From a virus, in IMG/VR virus record IMGVR_UViG_3300046779_000879, positions 99,643-163,642 of that record: a stretch of DNA of 64,000 bases; one strand, written 5' to 3'. Below, piece after piece: positions 58,495 through 64,000 of the stretch. Positions within the stretch are counted from its first letter, which is position 1, and each line of letters starts with the position of its first letter. The translations under genes were made by a program, and so were the position numbers. The notes beneath the pieces were generated by a model. That model was not told the origin of the DNA and ran no database searches. It saw nothing but the letters and a program-made list of their open reading frames with translations.

Positions 58495-61161
58495 TTAAAA
58501 CTTGATAATTGTTCTTAATGTTACTGTTTCTGCAGAAGATGGAGTAAATCCATTTTTATTATCAATAAACAACATCTGTCCAGAATATTTATCTACGTTT
58601 GGTGGACCAATAGTAGATATAGTAAAAGACTGTAAATTACTATTATAAAAAGTATCATTAACTAAGGGAGTATCATTATCTAATGATTGGAGTAATATCG
58701 CAGTTGGAGTAACCGTAACTACTCTATACATTTTAGTGACTTGCACCGTAGTATTAGTTAATCCATTAGTCACTACTACACTTCGATTAACAAAGACATT
58801 ACTATCTTTTGGAAAATTATTAATATTAACATTGCACCCTACGATAAAACATGCAGAACCTAAAGCTGAATTATAAAAAGCTGTGCTATTAAATGCTCTT
58901 GGATTTTTTATAATACCGACTTGACGATAGTCATTGTTAATCTGGAATCCCTGATTTAAGTCTGTTGATACATTCCCGTAAAACATAAGAGTTCTAGAAA
59001 ATAGTTCATCTGGTGCATTTTTACCATGACCACCATATGGTGACATAATTGCTCTTGCTGTTGCAGCACTACCGTTACCCAAAATAGTAATGTTAGCGTA
59101 TGTATATCCAGACCCTCTGGCTATAATGTTTATTTTTGATATACTTCCCGTCACAGGATTTATCACTGGAACAGCTCTTGCGCCAGTACCATCACCTTCG
59201 ATTCTAACGGAAGCGGTAGCATAACCATAACCTCGACTAACTACTTTAATAGCATCAATTGTTCCAGAAATAGTTAACATTTCATTATTTGCTTGTAGTG
59301 AATCAATATTACCAATATTTAAATCAGCTGCCAGTTCTGCGCCTGTTCCTCCACCAGCATTAATTATGCTCAATTCAGCAAAAGTATATCCAACACCTGG
59401 ATCTTCAATAATAAGTGAACTTATTTGTCCATTATCAATAACTGGAATTATTTTAGCATCAGATAAAGAAGTGAATGTTGTAAACTCTGGTTCTGCAGTT
59501 CTAGTTCCAATAATTGTAATTTCTGGAGCAGATTTATATCCAGATCCGTATTTTCTCACTGCAGTAGCAGTTGCTGCGTTTCCAGCTACTGTTAGAGTTG
59601 CGCTACCATTTGTTGCTGAACCACTTTGATGAGATGGGGCGACTGATCCTGTAGTTCCTGCAACAGTAACTGTATATAATTTATTTGAGTAAAATATTTG
59701 TTGGTTTAAAGTAACAGCTGTTGTAGCAGTCCATTCTGTTCCTACTGTAATCGTTGGAGTGCTTGTATAATCTTTTCCTTGGTTAATAACAGTAATGTAT
59801 AATAGACTACCAGCATGTATTTTTGCGATTGCTGCTGCACCTGTTCCACCACCACCAGAAAAAGTTATTGTTGGTTCAGAAGTATAACCAGAACCAGGAT
59901 TAACAACAATAGCATCTCTTACTGAGCCAATAAGATTAACTCCAGTAATAGCACCACTAGTTACAGTTAAGGTCGCTTTTGCAGTAGACGCAATATATTT
60001 TAATACTACAGTTCCATTTTTAACAAGACCTTCTCTGTGAGTTGGTTCATTTAACCCTAAAGTACCTGGAGTTATAACTTCATAAAAATCTTTATCAGCA
60101 TTATAAATTTTTTGTCCTAAAAATACTGATGCTTGGGCAATAAATGGAGACGTGTTACTAACTGGATCAGATAGAGTTATTGTCGGAGTTGTAAAACCAC
60201 TACCACCAACAATTGGTGTTATTTGTTCAATATAAATTGGATCGGATTCTTTATATCCATCTCCATTCACTAAAATAGTAGCAGAAGTATATCCACTTCC
60301 TTTATTTAAAATAGAAATATTATTTAAAGAACCATTATTATAAAATTGATTTGTTAATGCACTAGTTACTGGAATTTGATCTCCAGTTAAAAACTTATTT
60401 CTTAAACCAATTGGAACATTATACATATATTTCCAAATATATCCATCACCAAGAACAATTGGTTCTAGTTGAGTTCCAATAGGTTTTAATGTGGAAGGAG
60501 CATTATTGTTATTATCAAGACATTTGTATATGTTAAATTCATCAGTCATTACATAAAATATAGCGTCTTCTAGTTTTTGAGAACCAGATGGTGCAATATT
60601 TAAAACTGGAGCAATAACAGCACCTGATCCACCGCCACCAGTAACTGTAACAGTAGGAGGAGAAGTATAGCCAGAACCTCTTGATACTTGTTCAACACCA
60701 ATAATTCTTTCTGTTAAACCATCAACGACAGCAGTATATACTGCACCAGTTCCTCCACCACCTGTTATAGTTATAGTCGGTAAACTTATATAACCAGTTC
60801 CACCTGAAATAATATCTAACCCAATAATTTGAGTGTTATACTCATCATCATACATATCATATACTGTATTGATAGTCCAATTATGTCTAGGGACAACAAA
60901 TTGAACATCAGTTGGATTAATTTGTTTAAATGTTATAATTTCATTTCTTACATCTTGTTCATATGAAAAACTGTCAATAGGAAATGGTGGTTCTCCAACT
61001 ACATTAGAATTTTGATATTCTTGATTAGTCCATTCTAATGTTTTACCAAGAAAATAATAATAAGATGAATTTTTAGTAACAATATCACGATAAACCCCTT
61101 CTGCAAGAGATTTATGTAAAATTGTTTTAATTAGCGATGATTCGCCAATAACATTTGACAT
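58495..61161 (-). CDS. gp8: Baseplate wedge subunit gp8 (expanded)
   Basis: YYFLGK, VPRHNW..NTVYDMY, FYVMTDEFNIYKCLDNN, DGYIWKYMY, NDYRQVGIIKNP, DKYSGQMLFIDN. Confidence 0.88.
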   Translation of the reverse strand: MSNVIGESSLIKTILHKSLAEGVYRDIVTKNSSYYYFLGKTLEWTNQEYQNSNVVGEPPFPIDSFSYEQDVRNEIITFKQINPTDVQFVVPRHNWTINTVYDMYDDEYNTQIIGLDIISGGTGYISLPTITITGGGGTGAVYTAVVDGLTERIIGVEQVSRGSGYTSPPTVTVTGGGGSGAVIAPVLNIAPSGSQKLEDAIFYVMTDEFNIYKCLDNNNNAPSTLKPIGTQLEPIVLGDGYIWKYMYNVPIGLRNKFLTGDQIPVTSALTNQFYNNGSLNNISILNKGSGYTSATILVNGDGYKESDPIYIEQITPIVGGSGFTTPTITLSDPVSNTSPFIAQASVFLGQKIYNADKDFYEVITPGTLGLNEPTHREGLVKNGTVVLKYIASTAKATLTVTSGAITGVNLIGSVRDAIVVNPGSGYTSEPTITFSGGGGTGAAAIAKIHAGSLLYITVINQGKDYTSTPTITVGTEWTATTAVTLNQQIFYSNKLYTVTVAGTTGSVAPSHQSGSATNGSATLTVAGNAATATAVRKYGSGYKSAPEITIIGTRTAEPEFTTFTSLSDAKIIPVIDNGQISSLIIEDPGVGYTFAELSIINAGGGTGAELAADLNIGNIDSLQANNEMLTISGTIDAIKVVSRGYGYATASVRIEGDGTGARAVPVINPVTGSISKINIIARGSGYTYANITILGNGSAATARAIMSPYGGHGKNAPDELFSRTLMFYGNVSTDLNQGFQINNDYRQVGIIKNPRAFNSTAFYNSALGSACFIVGCNVNINNFPKDSNVFVNRSVVVTNGLTNTTVQVTKMYRVVTVTPTAILLQSLDNDTPLVNDTFYNSNLQSFTISTIGPPNVDKYSGQMLFIDNKNGFTPSSAETVTLRTIIKF

Positions 61162-61181
61162 TTAGAATCCTAAGTCTAAAA

Positions 61182-61643
61182 TTAGCTGATTGTGATAACC
61201 CAAGTGATAGCAATTGTATCGCCTGAACCTTTAGTCACAACAGGAAATGTGGTGCGACATAATAATACAGCACCAGGAGAAGTTGCTCCATTAAAAATAC
61301 CAGCTTCAGTAATAGCACCATCACCAGTACCAGCAGGGAAAGTCGCTGTGTAAGTAATTGTATTATTTGTAACTGAGGATCCTGATAAGGTAACACGCCC
61401 AGTTTGTGTAACCAACTGTGTATCGGTTAAAGCTGGTGCAGTCGTTCCTGTTCCAATAGCCATATGTGTCATAGATGCTGGGGAATTGGTTGTTGCAACT
61501 ATTTTTGACGCAATGTAATTTTTCCCAACAGTAACAACTAAGTTAGGAACTTCAAACTCTTGGGTGATTTGACCAAGAGAATTTTTCTTGACAACTTTAA
61601 CTAGACCAGTTGCCTTCATGTTTTCTGCGATTGTTTGAATCAT
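61182..61643 (-). CDS. Baseplate-cluster structural protein
   Basis: PNLVVTVGKNYIA, HMAIGTG, ITEAGIFN, KGSGDTIAITWVI; start taken at MIQTIAE. Confidence 0.75.
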   Translation of the reverse strand: MIQTIAENMKATGLVKVVKKNSLGQITQEFEVPNLVVTVGKNYIASKIVATTNSPASMTHMAIGTGTTAPALTDTQLVTQTGRVTLSGSSVTNNTITYTATFPAGTGDGAITEAGIFNGATSPGAVLLCRTTFPVVTKGSGDTIAITWVITIS

Positions 61644-61653
61644 AAGATCTCCT

Positions 61654-63543
61654 TTAACTGCTAAAAATAGCATCTCTGTTGTTTAAATAAATTTCCGAGA
61701 AGTAGTTTCCTTCTTCATATGGATCTTTCACTACATATCCGAATTCAGTTTCCGTTATATGTTGTATAGGTAGAATCATATATTTAGTACCGTTCATTTC
61801 AAGCATTAAATTAGTTTCTTCAATCAATTCTTCTGGGGATTGAAGGGATGTAGAAACATCTTTAAAAATATTATCATCATTAACAAGTTCATCATCTACA
61901 ACTTGTGTAGTAAGTAAAGTTATCCCCAGAACAACAAGAAGGTTATTATCATCAATAACAACTAAGTCTGTTTTTCCAAAAGAAAACAGTTTTTGTGGGT
62001 CTGATAAAACAACCAATGTATCGGATGGATCAGATACACTCTTATTAAATACACTTGTTATTACAGATGTTTGATTATCTACAAAGTTGTTTGTAGTTAA
62101 CTCTTCTACAAACACTGGTAAGTTATCTAATCCTTTAACAAAGTAGTAAGTATCTGCATCAGTAACAATAATTTCTGGCTCTTCAACACCAATAGCCAAA
62201 GACTTAATAAGAGATTCTAATTCAATTGCTAAGTTAAAATTATTAAAAATTTCAAATTCTCCAAACAAGGCTACACCTGCTGGATGTATCATAGTTTTTA
62301 CTGCGTCTTTATATGTAGATAATCTTTCATTAATTTTTAAAACATATGAATAAATTTGATAATAATTGCTATCTTGTATGTAAATAGAATCTGACAAAAA
62401 TCCGTTATTAGTTTGAAAATATCCAGGATATTCTGCAATAGCATTGAGTTTAATTTCAACAATAGCAGGTTTTACATTAGCAGTGGTAATAATAGTTTCA
62501 ACGTCAGACGAAAACTCTTTTAATATAGTTCCTGAATAAGCACCATCAACATATGTAGGTGTAACATAATCTACAGTATTAATAAATCCTAATTCTGAAA
62601 TATTTATTGTTGGTTCAACACCAACAATAAGAGGACCACTACCAGAATCAATAGTAACAACAGAAAGTAATTCATCTGTTTCACTAATTGATCTGGAAGT
62701 TAAAGAACTAGAAGGTAATATTGATGAAGTGAAATCAGCAATATATCCAATGCCAAATCGAATAATTTGAGCATGAACTATTCCACCAACTGAATTAATC
62801 TTTGTGACTTTAATTAAAGTACCTGTACCTGTACTACTTTTAACTTCAAATACTTGGCCAACTCGAAACCCCTGCCCTGCATCATATATGCTAACATTAG
62901 AAGTTGTAGGTAATATTGTTGCTTTAAATAAATCTTGATATTTTACAACATTTCCAGGACTTATAGATCCTTGAATATTTCGATCTAGATAAATTTCATA
63001 AACATCATTACCAATAGCTACAATTCTATCTACTTCTCCTTGAATCTCACTTGTCTTTTTTACCTCAACTCGAATAATCCTATCACCATCTTCTATATCT
63101 ACAACCTCTCCGATAATAGTATTAATATCACCATAAGTCACTTTTACAAAAATAGATCTATCTTGACTCCATCTACCATCTGATGGTCGCAACATTTGTT
63201 GTCCAGGATAGGACACTTCAACTTCTTTACCAAAAAGTAATCTAAACAAAAGTTTGTATGATGCTTCTGATCCTTTAGAAAGATATAAATCCTTTATATT
63301 CTTTAATGAAAACCTCTCATCAGATTGGATAGTAGTTGGTAGATTGTACGATAACTCTTTTTTAAACTGATCAATAAAAGATTCAAGGGTTTGGTCAATA
63401 TCCTTGACTGTAGAAAAATCAACACCTCGTGTTTTTAAAAATTCATAATATGCTTCAACGAAAGCAACAAATGTAGGATAATCCTCCCTAATATGCTCAG
63501 GGAGTTGTCTTGAAACGACAGCAGAAAGATTAGTTCTTGACAT
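61654..63543 (-). CDS. Baseplate wedge subunit (gp7-like)
   Basis: QLPEHIREDYPTFVAFVEAYYEFL, LYLSKGSEASYKLLFRLLF, IQDSNYYQIYSYVLK, HPAG. Confidence 0.8.
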   Translation of the reverse strand: MSRTNLSAVVSRQLPEHIREDYPTFVAFVEAYYEFLKTRGVDFSTVKDIDQTLESFIDQFKKELSYNLPTTIQSDERFSLKNIKDLYLSKGSEASYKLLFRLLFGKEVEVSYPGQQMLRPSDGRWSQDRSIFVKVTYGDINTIIGEVVDIEDGDRIIRVEVKKTSEIQGEVDRIVAIGNDVYEIYLDRNIQGSISPGNVVKYQDLFKATILPTTSNVSIYDAGQGFRVGQVFEVKSSTGTGTLIKVTKINSVGGIVHAQIIRFGIGYIADFTSSILPSSSLTSRSISETDELLSVVTIDSGSGPLIVGVEPTINISELGFINTVDYVTPTYVDGAYSGTILKEFSSDVETIITTANVKPAIVEIKLNAIAEYPGYFQTNNGFLSDSIYIQDSNYYQIYSYVLKINERLSTYKDAVKTMIHPAGVALFGEFEIFNNFNLAIELESLIKSLAIGVEEPEIIVTDADTYYFVKGLDNLPVFVEELTTNNFVDNQTSVITSVFNKSVSDPSDTLVVLSDPQKLFSFGKTDLVVIDDNNLLVVLGITLLTTQVVDDELVNDDNIFKDVSTSLQSPEELIEETNLMLEMNGTKYMILPIQHITETEFGYVVKDPYEEGNYFSEIYLNNRDAIFSS

Positions 63544-64000
63544 TATGATCTAATAGATTGGAATTTATAGTTATAACCAGCCTGTAAATCACCATTAACA
63601 CTATTATCAGCTATCGCTTCAACAGTTAAAAGATCTGCTGGAATAGTAACAATTTGATTTAATGCGGATACAATGTCATTTGATTCTGGTTTAATTTGCA
63701 TCTCAAAAACTGAACCAGCAAGAGAAACAATATTTAAATTGTTCACTACAACAGTTCCAGCTTTATAATCAATAACACCAATTGTTGGATTTACAATAAT
63801 TTTATCAAAGTTTGAATTAAGATAATATAGACGAATATTCCCTAAAGAATCATCATCTAAGTAATGAATTTCTGATTTGTTAGGAATAAAAAATCCTGTG
63901 GTAGAAAACACATCACCTTGTTTACCACCATCTTCAGAGATTGGAGAAATTAAATTTAAACGATATTCTGCACTAATATTATAATTAGGTTCAAATTCTC
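63543..64000 (-). CDS. gp6: Baseplate wedge subunit gp6, C-terminal part (5' end outside window)
   Basis: Frame open to the window edge; STTGF..YLDDD..GNIRLYY..GVIDYKAG..KPESNDIV. Confidence 0.8.
   Translation of the reverse strand, partial: EFEPNYNISAEYRLNLISPISEDGGKQGDVFSTTGFFIPNKSEIHYLDDDSLGNIRLYYLNSNFDKIIVNPTIGVIDYKAGTVVVNNLNIVSLAGSVFEMQIKPESNDIVSALNQIVTIPADLLTVEAIADNSVNGDLQAGYNYKFQSIRS

Noticed and set aside
952-59629. Numerous plus-strand ORFs of 60-190 aa in the ORF track
   Set aside because: All lie antisense to well-supported minus-strand genes, lack SD or promoter context, and reflect codon bias of Thr/Gly/Ala-rich genes.
1-64000. Stop-codon recoding, introns or inteins in core genes
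   Set aside because: Core genes (gp17, gp20, gp23, gp30, gp46, uvsW) are full length and uninterrupted in the standard code.

Overview
A 64-kb segment of a lytic T4-like myophage genome with cyanophage/pelagiphage-style gene content (Hsp20, CobS-like ATPase, DUF4815 giant protein). The host cannot be identified from the sequence. Every credible gene is on the minus strand. Reading in transcription order (right to left): baseplate wedge genes (gp6 partial, gp7-like, gp8); a 2317-aa DUF4815-type virion protein; about 15 kb of fibre/adhesin genes, including three tandem Mtd-N/glycine-rich paralogues; neck, tail, packaging and head genes (gp13, 14, 15, 17, 18, 19, 20, 67-like, 21, 22, 23, 3), with no gp16 at its usual position; uvsY, uvsW and late sigma gp55; an extra AAA ATPase; gp47/gp46 with an HNH endonuclease between them; an early module (HEXXH-vWA protein, MoxR/CobS ATPase, two winged-helix-like proteins, dATP/dGTP diphosphohydrolase); clamp and loader (gp45/44/62), regA, hsp20, DNA ligase and a cluster of exported/lipoprotein genes. 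Both sigma70-type promoters and T4-late (NNTAAATA) promoters are visible. The most notable unexplained signals are: (1) a ~190-nt multi-stem, possibly pseudoknotted RNA between regA and the hsp20 operon; (2) a repeated CCCT-N9-AGGG palindrome next to early promoters driving an AAA+/vWA-peptidase/wHTH module, in which the ATPase N-terminal motif recurs in a stand-alone gene; (3) an adhesin array with DNA-identical ends and variable cores; (4) a divergent plus-strand promoter upstream of gp55; (5) the missing small terminase. No tRNA, CRISPR array, reverse transcriptase, intron or intein was recognised. All family assignments come from motif recognition by eye, not from database searches.
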